64,000 bases of DNA from Bacteriovoracaceae bacterium (GTDB lineage: Bacteria; Bdellovibrionota; Bacteriovoracia; Bacteriovoracales; Bacteriovoracaceae), in the NCBI GenBank assembly GCA_048270185.1, contig JBLWTJ010000001.1, positions 288,001 to 352,000 on the forward strand, given 5' to 3'. Position numbers and translations under genes: made by a program. The stretch's first letter is position 1. Each line of letters opens with the position of its first letter. Under the pieces are notes generated by a model. It saw only the letters and a list, made by a program, of their open reading frames with translations. It did not search any database and was not told the origin of the DNA. Shown piece by piece: positions 30,701 to 39,773 of this stretch.

Positions 30701-32303
30701 TGTGAAGCCAAATCTTACGGCCGTTGTACCTGCAAAAGCACCTGCTTCAAGTGTGGCAGCGACCAAGGAGATTACAGGGGATAATTTACCGAAATTTATG
30801 CTCGATGCTGCTAGGCCAAAACCTAAGCCTAAGAGTGTTTTTGGTAAGTTCTATGACTACGGAACGAATACTGTTAAGGGAATAGTTAAGGGGTTTCCTT
30901 TGTTTAGTCATTATTTTTCTGCAACGAGAGATGATGCAACTCAGGCCAAGAAGCCAGAGTTAAAGGATTCTATTGTTCATCCAGCTATTAAGATTATGCT
31001 AGATCGTAGCAACTTAAGACTTAATGTTACGTTTCGTCCAGAGGTCATTAGTGAGTGTCAGTTAATAGAGAAGAAAGCATCTGAAAAAGAAGGAAAAGTT
31101 ATTACTGATCTTAAAAATAATCAACCAGCAAATCTTCCATTATATGATGAGGCTACAGAATATACTGTTGAGTGTAAGGAAGATGGCGGTGCTTTTTTAA
31201 TTGCTAACACTAAGAGTTTCCCATTTTACAATATTATTGGTGAAGCACATTTTACGATTCCTGGCACACAGAAGTATATTAAAATTGAAGAAGATAATTT
31301 AAAACTTACTATCACATATAGTAAAGCAGTAGAGAGCTGTAAGCTTGTTGAATTAAAAGTAAATGGTGAAACTGAAATTGTTAGTTCAGATATCGAAACA
31401 ATGGCATCTGGTAGCAGTTATCAATTATACAAGAAAGATTATAAATATGTTGTTGAAGTACATTGTAAGAGTAAAGAGGTTGATTTCGCTATCGCTAAAA
31501 CGCAGAATTTCAAAGGTTTTAAAATCGATGGAGACCCAGTCATCAATGTGGATAAGAATGAAGAAGAATCTGATATTGATATTAAGTTTGATGACTTAGA
31601 GTTTACGGTTACTTTCAGTAAGAAAGTTACGAGTTGTAAACTTGTTGAAGAAGTTATAACTAAGTCAGACAAAGATGCTGACAAAGTAGAGCTTAAGCAA
31701 TTACTAACTTTTACTTCTGGCGAGTCTAAAACTGTTGATCAAAGGGATGAAGACTATACTGTGATGGTACAATGTGAGGTAGAAGGAAAAACAGCTACTG
31801 CAACTGCTAGTAATTTTGATAAATTAGTTATTACTGGAGATGGACCAAAGCATACGATTAAAAAGAAAAAGAAATATGATCAGGATATTCTCATTAAACG
31901 TGATGGTGAGAGTCTCGACTTCAATATTATTTTTAGTGAGGAAGTTACTGAATGTCGCTACTTACAAGAAACAGAAGGTGAAGATAAGAAGAAAGAATAC
32001 TATGAGATTGCAAAAGTTAAATCGGATGACGAAACAACTATCTCTCGTGAACGTTATGACTTTGTGCTTGTAATTGAATGTAAAATTCCAGAAGGTGACT
32101 TTATGGAAGCGACTGCAGATAATTTTCCTAAATTAGACGTTGTAGGTATAGCAAGACATAAGATTGCTAAATGTATCGGAGATCAATGTCCAACTGACTC
32201 GAATGCAAGGAAAAGACCTGCGCGATATAGTCCAGGGAAATTGATTGAGTTTAATATGCCGCAACCTGAGCCAGAAACACCGATAATTTTAAATACGCTA
32301 TAA
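27705..32303 (+). CDS. Giant secreted multi-domain hypothetical protein (about 1530 aa) with central hydrophobic hairpin and four C-terminal repeats
   Basis: AAGGA RBS before MKNLKKY and a signal peptide. Cys-rich N-terminus, Gly/Ala-rich hydrophobic helices and repeated two-Cys beta domains. Confidence 0.85.
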   Translation: MKNLKKYLILILGHFFLLSVGAMGLENRQYSLDPNRQDLNFINLQYYYNSVVLFQESFETARNNKKLYSTLSFIDNAYADATSTCFVGGNVSSISGGKCEIKSSIACEKSFWSGDIKKVRCNPSLYGPGQDGRGACVDVRNASMNCRNTPGALTTPQAVKAIMESKKKREDFDQLAEEIEKYCQERPSDKVCIDQKSRISDIRKGMDEAQANLEKMQKNQSLGTSKAVGILDRCEKDYRAQKEENLFGSFFMSSRNIGDSLLQTACSNDQAIESMTTNSLNDLSKGFDKIYKHTSLSSMLNDGLKIGSELSMKNYILHKLKSVGVNDSEIDKAANAILVKSPEFKKMPYSKILADAVSEFKDAKSKGKIKATDKKKLRDGINDLMTNINEQCDAIKKKFPCVTSSGSGMYGMALLPKGVELCASIQRKPEYKEYIATEQAKYNQLLQNFSDREPDFAKYVATKEFRSKYHEPTNSFAKQCNESPRKIFGKYDPASSLTTSDIAELDKEVSQDMLADLEDLSDKIPNESKDVDDLEDDFTDLLKYRPYLVGQALKNNRMYPKLQDMQAQFLCRQMREIYENDEDWRVANMAMGGAGILLSGALMATGIGSPLGIALSAASATLVVGEGISGVRTLQDGLEQRDTADAKRSQNLSDQAEHTADIEQANSKITEGKVQVGLALVAAGAEGAAIRQGIKTVNQTSQTTRRAALELMPPSSSNKALSVNVNSPRGANVIIDNATGQITDSKKILDAVDEVVDNAIDITPGAVSIMKAPKPVNLPVDYVKYVDELDTPIDNVIAWTKHGERFETLKRGKLLDDGSGVIIANNSSDIDKFISKGLGIQSEEGLILKFGDDISEAKFVSSKIDDAGKAYKVDNAFVFTPNKVVIDDVPVRSMNDLDVAYGHISNLPPSSKNTIYASIDSKIANGQRLNDNELMVLAARKQIIRPNSSNTKKAQLLELINKRDPALVDELIRGTSATSIARREAMKEALKNGDNLPAVVKPNLTAVVPAKAPASSVAATKEITGDNLPKFMLDAARPKPKPKSVFGKFYDYGTNTVKGIVKGFPLFSHYFSATRDDATQAKKPELKDSIVHPAIKIMLDRSNLRLNVTFRPEVISECQLIEKKASEKEGKVITDLKNNQPANLPLYDEATEYTVECKEDGGAFLIANTKSFPFYNIIGEAHFTIPGTQKYIKIEEDNLKLTITYSKAVESCKLVELKVNGETEIVSSDIETMASGSSYQLYKKDYKYVVEVHCKSKEVDFAIAKTQNFKGFKIDGDPVINVDKNEEESDIDIKFDDLEFTVTFSKKVTSCKLVEEVITKSDKDADKVELKQLLTFTSGESKTVDQRDEDYTVMVQCEVEGKTATATASNFDKLVITGDGPKHTIKKKKKYDQDILIKRDGESLDFNIIFSEEVTECRYLQETEGEDKKKEYYEIAKVKSDDETTISRERYDFVLVIECKIPEGDFMEATADNFPKLDVVGIARHKIAKCIGDQCPTDSNARKRPARYSPGKLIEFNMPQPEPETPIILNTL
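30987..32165 (+). repeat. Four degenerate ~95-105 aa protein repeats
   Basis: Each unit reads I.I....L...(V/I).F/Y...V..C....E ... (V/I).C......A....F.....G, with two Cys per unit. Confidence 0.75.
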
Positions 32304-32306
32304 TAT

Positions 32307-32336
32307 AAAAAGGGCCACTTTTGGCCCTTTCTTTTT
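32307..32336. terminator. Bidirectional intrinsic terminator
   Basis: AAAAAGGGCCA-CTTT-TGGCCCTTTCTTTT between convergent genes. Confidence 0.8.
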
Positions 32337-33534
32337 ATTCAATCCAATCATCACTTGTTTTAATCGTTCTTGGGGTCATGATATCGCCCTTATATTTTAC
32401 GACTTCTGCGGCCAAATTATGGCATAGGAAGAATGGCATACTTTCAGTGAAGCCATAAGCACCACATTGAGAAAAGACTAACCAATCACCATAATCACAA
32501 TCTTCTGGTAACTCGAAGATTCCAAGCTTATCAAGTGATGTGCACAGAGGCCCATGCACATGAAAGGCCTTAGTCTTATTACTGGTTCTTGCAAGCACAC
32601 GACATGGAAAAGCTTGATCTGTTAAAGCTGGACGGGCAATATGATTGATTCCACCGTCTAAGACAAGTATATCTTGACCTCTGACTCGTTTTCGATCAAT
32701 GACTTGGCTTAGATAGAGCCCACATTCACCAACGGCGTAGCGACCTAATTCCATCCAGATTTTGCTCAGTTGATACTTGTCCTTAAGTTTCATCAAGATC
32801 TTATTAATATCTTTAAAGTCTATACGTGCGCTTTCATTTTGATATGGAATGCCAAGACCTCCACCCAGATCGATGACCTGAGCTTCAATTCCCATATTTT
32901 TAGCGAGGGTGTCGATTCGCTTACAAGTGTGATCCCAAATGAGTTCTAAGCGGCTAGCTTCTAGAATATTTCCCCATTGGAAGACGTGAAAGCCAATAAC
33001 TTCTACATTTTGGTACTCACTTAAATTAACTGACTGCCAGCCTTCTTCATCAAGGCCAAAGGCCGTAATATCATCTCCACCCAGAACTGATTTTTCATTT
33101 GAATCCCATTCTAGTTGAACTCTTAGAAGACAGCGCGCTTTAATTCCAAGCTCACTTGCTTGTTCATTTAACCATTTTAATTGATAGATACTCTCGACAA
33201 CGACACAATTAATTTCGTGGTTTAATAGACTTCGAATATAACCCCTAGACTTACTTGGGCCTGTTGAGATGATGTCTTGTGGCTTCACGCCACTTGCCAC
33301 AACTTGCGATAATTCGCCTTTAGAGGCAACATCCACTCCAATCCCTAAGTTTCTAATGAGCTTAAGGATTGAAGAAAGTGGGTTGGCCTTGCAGGCATAG
33401 TAGAGCTTAATACTTTCGTCTTTATTGTCCACAATGTACTTTAGGTGCTCTTCAAGAGCGTCTAGGTCGTAGAAGTAAAAAGATGAATCAAGTCTCTTTG
33501 TTAATTTTTCTAATTCATTTTCGATATTCATCAT
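32335..33534 (-). CDS. lysA: Diaminopimelate decarboxylase
   Basis: YACKAN (PLP Lys), DVAS.GE, DLGGG, ELGRY, GPLCT and GAYG motifs. Last gene of the dap operon. Confidence 0.85.
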   Translation of the reverse strand: MMNIENELEKLTKRLDSSFYFYDLDALEEHLKYIVDNKDESIKLYYACKANPLSSILKLIRNLGIGVDVASKGELSQVVASGVKPQDIISTGPSKSRGYIRSLLNHEINCVVVESIYQLKWLNEQASELGIKARCLLRVQLEWDSNEKSVLGGDDITAFGLDEEGWQSVNLSEYQNVEVIGFHVFQWGNILEASRLELIWDHTCKRIDTLAKNMGIEAQVIDLGGGLGIPYQNESARIDFKDINKILMKLKDKYQLSKIWMELGRYAVGECGLYLSQVIDRKRVRGQDILVLDGGINHIARPALTDQAFPCRVLARTSNKTKAFHVHGPLCTSLDKLGIFELPEDCDYGDWLVFSQCGAYGFTESMPFFLCHNLAAEVVKYKGDIMTPRTIKTSDDWIE

Positions 33535-34295
33535 TATCTTAAAAACGCCTCTAGTTCTAATGAAGCATCAGATTTCTCATCGCGGTACTTAACGATCATG
33601 GCACAATTCATTGATAGGCCTTGCTCTTTTGCCCATGAAAGCTTGTCGTTAACTGGACGAGTTCCTGGAACAACGATGGCACCTTCTGGAATTGCTTCAC
33701 CTGGTTCAAGTCGTCTTTCATTTACACAGTCATAAACTGGCACACCCTTTGAAAGAATTACTCCTGGGGCGATAACTGCACGCTTTAGAACTTGGATGCC
33801 TTCTACGATAACAGCTCCGGCACCAATGAAAGCGTCATCTTCAATAATAACTGGTGCAAGACCGATTGGCTCGAGAACACCACCAATTTGAACACCTGCA
33901 CTTAAGTGGACATTCTTTCCAATTTGAGCACATGAGCCAACAAGGGCGTGTGAGTCAACCATTGTTCCTTCGTCAACGTAGGCTCCAATATTGATATAAG
34001 CAGGTGGCATAATGATAACTCCGCTTGCGACATAGGCTCCACGACGAACACTTGAGCCACCTGGGACCATACGTACGCCACGGTCTACTGTGAATTTCTG
34101 TGCTGGAATATTGTGTTTATCAACGAAGCCAGGCCATCCAAATTCATCTTGTTCAACATTCTTTCCTGCTTTAAAAACTTCAAGAATCATCTGCTTTACT
34201 TCGGTATTTGCCTGCCAAACACCATCAATCTTAGATGCTGATCTTAGTGTTCCGCTTTCTAATCCAATTAAAATTTCTTCGACTGTTTTCGTCAT
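33534..34295 (-). CDS. dapD: Tetrahydrodipicolinate N-succinyltransferase
   Basis: [27 protein letters not shown] and IGGVLEP hexapeptide motifs. Confidence 0.95.
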   Translation of the reverse strand: MTKTVEEILIGLESGTLRSASKIDGVWQANTEVKQMILEVFKAGKNVEQDEFGWPGFVDKHNIPAQKFTVDRGVRMVPGGSSVRRGAYVASGVIIMPPAYINIGAYVDEGTMVDSHALVGSCAQIGKNVHLSAGVQIGGVLEPIGLAPVIIEDDAFIGAGAVIVEGIQVLKRAVIAPGVILSKGVPVYDCVNERRLEPGEAIPEGAIVVPGTRPVNDKLSWAKEQGLSMNCAMIVKYRDEKSDASLELEAFLR

Positions 34296-35191
34296 TATGC
34301 TTTACTCCATTTTAAAATTTTCTCATTCATATTTCTTACGATACTTTCGCTTTTCATGTCTTTAATTGAAAGAGGAGGTCTTAGGGCCGCTGAGCCAATT
34401 ACTCCTTGCTCCTTCATAAGCCATTTTACTGGAACAGGATTTGAAGCAACAAACATTGAATTACTTGCTTCAACCCACATATTCTTTTCTTCATCACTTA
34501 ACTCATTAGTTAAACAAGCTTTTGTGTAGGCGTGAGTTTGAGTCGGCCATGCATTTGAGGCCACAGAAACAAGACCTTTTGCTCCAAGAGGTGTAAATTC
34601 TGGAAGAAGGGCATCGTCACCGCTGTAAACTCGTCCTTGTGGCCCTGCAGCTTCAACGTACTTTGCAAAGCACTCTGGTGAACCGCTAGCTTCTTTAATG
34701 GCCCAAAAGGCCTTGTGCTTACTAAGTCTTTTAACCGCTTCATAAGAGAGGCTTGCTCCTGCTCGACCTGGCACATTGTAGAGCATAACAGGCTTATTTG
34801 AGACATCCATGAGGGTTTTAAACCACTCGTACTGACCTTCATCACCAGGCTTTGCATAAAGCGGTGTTACGAAAAGATAAGCATCGATAGCAAGCCCATC
34901 TAAGTATGAAACCCATTCACAAGTATCTGTTAAGTTGATGCCACCAACACCGCACATGATAGGTGATTTAAGGCCTAGATCGAGAACGAAATTTAAAATA
35001 TTCTTTCTTTCTTCTAGGTTTAGATTTAGCGCCTCACCAGTTGAGCCAAGAATTAAAATTCCGTTTCCGGCCTCATCTTGATCTCTTAGAATTCTCTCTA
35101 GCGAATCGAGGTCTATGGTTAGGTCTTCGTTTAAAGGTGTAACAACGGCAGTCCACAGGGGAGTTGAGTTGATAAAATCATGATTAGACAT
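34295..35191 (-). CDS. dapA: 4-hydroxy-tetrahydrodipicolinate synthase
   Basis: TAVVTP, GSTGE, LYNVPGR, IKEASG, SGDD and NPVPVK motifs. Confidence 0.95.
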   Translation of the reverse strand: MSNHDFINSTPLWTAVVTPLNEDLTIDLDSLERILRDQDEAGNGILILGSTGEALNLNLEERKNILNFVLDLGLKSPIMCGVGGINLTDTCEWVSYLDGLAIDAYLFVTPLYAKPGDEGQYEWFKTLMDVSNKPVMLYNVPGRAGASLSYEAVKRLSKHKAFWAIKEASGSPECFAKYVEAAGPQGRVYSGDDALLPEFTPLGAKGLVSVASNAWPTQTHAYTKACLTNELSDEEKNMWVEASNSMFVASNPVPVKWLMKEQGVIGSAALRPPLSIKDMKSESIVRNMNEKILKWSKA

Positions 35192-35206
35192 ATATTCTCC
35201 TTAAAT

Positions 35207-35905
35207 TTAAATTTCTTCTCTAATAACTTGAATCGCAATATCACTAAAGTCGTGCAGTCCAGGGCTAAGTCCTTTAACACGACGACATGCCCATAGAGCA
35301 CCACTGGCAAAGATGCGACGATCTTTTGCTTCATGCTTTAAAGTGATTAATTCATTTGGTGTATCGATCGTTAGCTCATGAACTCCGATAACATCACCAA
35401 TTCTTTCACTTGTTATTTGTGTTGTCTCGTCATGGCCAAGCCATTCATTCCAGGAAAGGGCAGTTCCACTAGGAGCATCAAGTTTCTTAGTATGGTGAAT
35501 TTCATTAATATGATACTTGATATCTCCTTGGTTAAAGAGAGTGTACGCCTTTGAGGCAATATTAATCATCTCCTTGGCCAAGTTCATGCCTAGACTAAAA
35601 TTAGTGGCCTTGATCCATGCAGCATTTGATGACTTAATTTCTTCTCTCATTTCATTAGTCCATTCAAAACCAGTAGAACCACAAACTACGCAGATTCCTG
35701 AGGTTTTTAATAATTCATAATATGAGTCAAGAAAGACATCACCATTTAGAAAAGAGAGGACGAGATCAAATCCATTAAGAACATCTTTCTTTAAGGGATT
35801 TTTAGAATCAAAAACCGTTAATTCAATATCTGAATTTTCAGCTAATTCACAAAGTTCAATGACCTTTGATCCTGTTTTTCCTTTTCCAAGAAGCGCAATT
35901 TTCAT
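35207..35905 (-). CDS. dapB: 4-hydroxy-tetrahydrodipicolinate reductase
   Basis: G.GKTG, GSTG, NFSLG, EIHHTKKLDAPSGTA and FASGAL motifs. Confidence 0.93.
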   Translation of the reverse strand: MKIALLGKGKTGSKVIELCELAENSDIELTVFDSKNPLKKDVLNGFDLVLSFLNGDVFLDSYYELLKTSGICVVCGSTGFEWTNEMREEIKSSNAAWIKATNFSLGMNLAKEMINIASKAYTLFNQGDIKYHINEIHHTKKLDAPSGTALSWNEWLGHDETTQITSERIGDVIGVHELTIDTPNELITLKHEAKDRRIFASGALWACRRVKGLSPGLHDFSDIAIQVIREEI

Positions 35906-37281
35906 TAAATAAATTCCTTATGTAATTTTTGAATCACTTCATCAGCATCATTTGCATCCACTAAGAAGCAGAAATTATGCTTACTTGCTCCCAGACAGAT
36001 CATGCGAACATTTGTCCCAGTAATTGAATTAAAAATTCTTTTTGCAATATCTGGTGTGTGATTAATATCATTTCCGATAAGACTTACTAGTGTAAGGCCC
36101 TTTTCTACTTTTACAGAACATAACTCAGATAAACGATCAATCATCTTATTATTTAGAAGTGCTGAATCATCAATTGTTAGTGCAACTGAAATTTCAGATG
36201 TCGTGATTGAGTCAATACTCACTTTGAAATCATTAAATATTTTAAAAATCTCATATAAGAAACCATGCGCTTGTAGCATCTTTGGTGTTGATAATGTCAC
36301 AAGCGATTGTTCACGTCTTAAGGCCATGGCACGGATCATTGGAGCAGAGTTTGTTTCGTTCTTAATCCATGTTCCTGGCTCATCAGGCTCGTAACTTGAG
36401 CCCACAAAGACCTTGATTCCAGCTCTTAATGCCGGAGTCAAGGTCGTTGGGTGAAGTATCTTAGCACCAAAAGTTGCAAGTTCTGCAGCTTCAGAGAATG
36501 TAATTTCATTTAATAATTTTGCTTCTTTTACGATTCTTGGATCTGTCGTGGCTATACCTGCAACATCTGTCCATATTTGAAGTGTATCAGCACCCATTCC
36601 TTCTGCAATAAGGGCCGCTGAATAATCTGATCCACCGCGACCTAGTGTTGTCGTTAATCCTTCTTCAGTTGAGCCAATGAAGCCTTGTGATACATAGACA
36701 ATGTCGCCGTATTTAGCGTTGATTAAGTATTGCTGGGATTGTTTTGAAATTTCTTCAATATTAGGCGTTGCTTGCATAAAGCGATCATCAGTCTTTAAAA
36801 CATTTCTGATATCAAAGAATTCAACTTTCTTATCAGTGTTGGCCTCTTGGTGTATTTTGCCAAGAACTTCGCTGAAAATAAGTGATGAGAGTCTTTCTCC
36901 AAGGCTTACAAGTGAGTCATAGGCCCTATCGGAACACTCTCTTAAAAGGAGCATACCTTGGGCGATCATATTTATTTCACCAAGTAGTTCTGCTACATCA
37001 TTTCTTAATGCTTCCGAGGCATTCATATCATTTAGTATTGAATGATGTTTCTTTGTGATCTCTTCAATTAGTGAATGGACCTCTTCTTTTTTATCTTCAC
37101 CCAATGGAGCAATCTTTGAGATATCTACAAGTAGATTTGTGACTCCATATACGGCCGAGACAATAACCATATTAGCATTCTTGCTTACGCTAATTTGTGC
37201 ACTTCTTATCATGGCCTCAAGATTGGCCATTGATGAACCACCAAATTTCGCAACAATAACTTCATTTGTTGAGTTTTCCAT
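35905..37281 (-). CDS. lysC: Lysine-sensitive aspartokinase (AK III type)
   Basis: KFGGSS, TTLGRGGSDYSA, FGAKILHP and two ACT domains. Lies downstream of a lysine riboswitch. Confidence 0.95.
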   Translation of the reverse strand: MENSTNEVIVAKFGGSSMANLEAMIRSAQISVSKNANMVIVSAVYGVTNLLVDISKIAPLGEDKKEEVHSLIEEITKKHHSILNDMNASEALRNDVAELLGEINMIAQGMLLLRECSDRAYDSLVSLGERLSSLIFSEVLGKIHQEANTDKKVEFFDIRNVLKTDDRFMQATPNIEEISKQSQQYLINAKYGDIVYVSQGFIGSTEEGLTTTLGRGGSDYSAALIAEGMGADTLQIWTDVAGIATTDPRIVKEAKLLNEITFSEAAELATFGAKILHPTTLTPALRAGIKVFVGSSYEPDEPGTWIKNETNSAPMIRAMALRREQSLVTLSTPKMLQAHGFLYEIFKIFNDFKVSIDSITTSEISVALTIDDSALLNNKMIDRLSELCSVKVEKGLTLVSLIGNDINHTPDIAKRIFNSITGTNVRMICLGASKHNFCFLVDANDADEVIQKLHKEFI

Positions 37282-37395
37282 AAAACCTTTTTCCGTTTAA
37301 AAAAATTAAGACAATTGTATGAGGCGCAGATGATAAATGCAAAAAAAGATTGGCCGACGAATTCACTATGAAATAGGGCATGGCCTTGCATTTAC

Positions 37396-37591
37396 CTGAA
37401 GCGCTCCATCAATAATCTTAATACTTTCTTAAGTTAAAATTATTAATGACAATCCTAAGGCTTCTCCCTTAGTGACCAACAAAGCTCGCTGCACAAACAG
37501 GCTTTGTTTCGGCAAGGCTTCCATGGTGCTGACTGATAACGGATAAGTTGTGCGTCCTCGTCAACATTTACTAAGCAATGCTCCTCTTCAG
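37396..37591 (-). ncRNA. Lysine riboswitch (L-box)
   Basis: Minus strand: CUGAAGAGGAGC...AGUA...GCCGAA...GUUGG...AUUGUC...UGGAGCGCUUCAG. P1 CUGAAG/CUUCAG closes the aptamer. It sits upstream of lysC and is followed by a hairpin at 37334-37394. Confidence 0.88.
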
Positions 37592-37597
37592 TTAATA

Positions 37598-37638
37598 ATA
37601 GTAGTGTATAGACACATTGATGTCTATACTTTTATAAT
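37598..37638. promoter_or_regulatory. Overlapping divergent sigma70 promoters (lys operon / asd)
   Basis: Minus strand TAGACA-N17-TACTAT and plus strand TAGACA-N18-TATAAT. The two -35 boxes form a palindrome. Confidence 0.65.
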
Positions 37639-37676
37639 TTGTAGCGTAATTTTAATTTCAAAAATCCGGAGTAAAG

Positions 37677-38774
37677 ATGAAGAAAGTAGGAATAGTCGGT
37701 TGGCGTGGAATGGTTGGTTCTGTTCTACTTGAAAGAATGGAAATCGAAGGGGATTTTGCAAAAATCGATCCGTACTTCTTCTCGACTTCACAGGCCGGAC
37801 AAGCTGGTCCACTTATTTATAATGCAACACATACGCTACGAGATGCTAATAGTGTTGAAGAGCTAGCTGATATGGATATTATTATTTCATGTCAGGGTGG
37901 AGATTATACAAAAGACATTCGCCCAAAACTAGAAAGTGTTAATTGGCAAGGTTATTGGATTGATGCTGCTTCAGCTAAGCGCATGGATGATGATTCACTA
38001 ATTATCCTTGATCCAGTCAATAAGAATATTATTGATGAAGCACTAAACAAAGGTATCAAAAACTTTGTGGGTGGAAATTGTACTGTAAGCTTAATGCTTA
38101 TGGGAATCGGTGGCCTCTTTCAGGAAGGTTTAGTTGAATGGATGAGCTCAATGTCTTATCAGGCCGCTTCTGGTGGCGGAGCTAGGCATATGAAAGAGCT
38201 TCTAACTCAAATGAACATTATTGGAAAAATGGCCGAACCGCTAATGGAAGGGCCAATTCTCCAATTAGATTCAACGATTTCAAATCTTCTAAAAAGCGGT
38301 GATCTAAATAGTGATTGCTTTGGAACACCACTTGCGCTTAACCTCATTCCATGGATTGATACTCTTGTTGAAGAAGGACAAACTCGTGAGGAATGGAAGG
38401 CCTTTAGTGAAACAAATAAAATTCTTGGAAGACAAGATAATCCAATTGCCATTGACGGTACTTGCGTTCGTGTTGGGGCCCTTCGTTCACATTCTCAAGC
38501 ACTGACAATTAAGCTTAATAAGTCAGTTGATATTAGAACAATTGAAGACATGATTAAAAACTTCTCTGAGTTTACTGAATTTGTTGAGAACACACCTGAA
38601 GCGACACGTGAGAAATTAAACCCTCGCTACGTTTCAGGAACTCTTAAAACAACAGTTGGTCGCGTTCGTAAAATGAAAATGGGCGATGATTTCTTAAATA
38701 TCTTCACTTCTGGAGATCAGCTTCTATGGGGAGCGGCCGAGCCACTTAGAAGAATGTTAAATATTGTGTTATAA
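37677..38774 (+). CDS. asd: Aspartate-semialdehyde dehydrogenase
   Basis: VGWRGMVGSVL, WIDAAS, GGNCTVSLM, YQAASGGG and GDQLLWGAAEP motifs. Confidence 0.97.
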   Translation: MKKVGIVGWRGMVGSVLLERMEIEGDFAKIDPYFFSTSQAGQAGPLIYNATHTLRDANSVEELADMDIIISCQGGDYTKDIRPKLESVNWQGYWIDAASAKRMDDDSLIILDPVNKNIIDEALNKGIKNFVGGNCTVSLMLMGIGGLFQEGLVEWMSSMSYQAASGGGARHMKELLTQMNIIGKMAEPLMEGPILQLDSTISNLLKSGDLNSDCFGTPLALNLIPWIDTLVEEGQTREEWKAFSETNKILGRQDNPIAIDGTCVRVGALRSHSQALTIKLNKSVDIRTIEDMIKNFSEFTEFVENTPEATREKLNPRYVSGTLKTTVGRVRKMKMGDDFLNIFTSGDQLLWGAAEPLRRMLNIVL

Positions 38775-38783
38775 AAGATATAT

Positions 38784-39533
38784 ATGGAATTAGATTATAA
38801 GAAATTAGTAAATGACTTTTATGAGAATGGCTTCTGTATTGTTGAGGGGCTATTCGATCACAATGATATAGAGAAGATAAAGCGCTCTTTTGATAATCTC
38901 TACCAAGCATCGACAACAATTAATGATACACAAATGCTTAAACTTGCTCAATTTGTCTTTGATAAGGAAGCTCTCAATCGCATCGTTTGGTGCGGAGGTT
39001 ATGACGAACATCTCTTAGATGTTGGTGCAGATGCGCGAATTACAAAAATTGTGGCAAGTATCTTAGATTCTGATGAAATGGTTCAATTGATTAATCAGGC
39101 CCACTTCAAGCTGCCTGGTCAAATTGTCGAGTTTAAATGGCATCAAGATAGTGAACACCGTCGCTACGGAACAGATATGTGGGAAGATGTGGATGGACGT
39201 GGAAGCTATGTGCAATCTGTTATGGCCATTGATGATATGAACTCCCTAAATGGGCCACTTAAGTTTATTCCAAAATCACATCGACAAGGACACTTAAACT
39301 ATAAGGAAGATCCAAGTATTATTGAAGATTTACTGGCAAAGATTCCACCAATCGACTTAAAGCTTAAGGCCGGAGATGTTGCCTTCTTTGGCCCATATAC
39401 ATTTCACTCTTCAAGCTTAAATAAAACAGATTCACCAAGACGTGTTCTTATTAATGGTTACGCACAGCCAGGAGCTAATAAGCGCGAGTACCCAGGGGCC
39501 GGACTTGGCCGAAATATAAAAGTCGAAATTTAA
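38784..39533 (+). CDS. Fe(II)/2-oxoglutarate dioxygenase, phytanoyl-CoA hydroxylase (PhyH) family
   Basis: FYENGF, WHQD (HxD), NGPL.FIPKSH, GDV.FF...FH.S..N and R. Confidence 0.88.
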   Translation: MELDYKKLVNDFYENGFCIVEGLFDHNDIEKIKRSFDNLYQASTTINDTQMLKLAQFVFDKEALNRIVWCGGYDEHLLDVGADARITKIVASILDSDEMVQLINQAHFKLPGQIVEFKWHQDSEHRRYGTDMWEDVDGRGSYVQSVMAIDDMNSLNGPLKFIPKSHRQGHLNYKEDPSIIEDLLAKIPPIDLKLKAGDVAFFGPYTFHSSSLNKTDSPRRVLINGYAQPGANKREYPGAGLGRNIKVEI

Positions 39534-39590
39534 GATCAATTCATAAGATTTTTATACTGACTTCGCTATACTCAGAGCAAAGGAGTCATT

Positions 39591-39773
39591 ATGAAATTAC
39601 AGTACTTGGCCATTGCCGTTATTGTCACATGGGTTCTTACGGTAACATATCTTGTAACTAGTAATACGCCGCCTGAACGTGGGCCAGCTTCTAATCCTAT
39701 ACAAGATTCTGAGGCCCTTGAACACGATATTCAAAAGCCTCAAGAGTTTCAGCCAGGCTACGACTTAAGGTAG
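39591..39773 (+). CDS. Small single-TM protein with RGPAS motif
   Basis: AAGGAG RBS, N-terminal hydrophobic helix and ERGPAS. Confidence 0.6.
   Translation: MKLQYLAIAVIVTWVLTVTYLVTSNTPPERGPASNPIQDSEALEHDIQKPQEFQPGYDLR

Noticed and set aside
38784..39533. ectD call
   Set aside because: The EctD signature is not matched and there is no ectABC.
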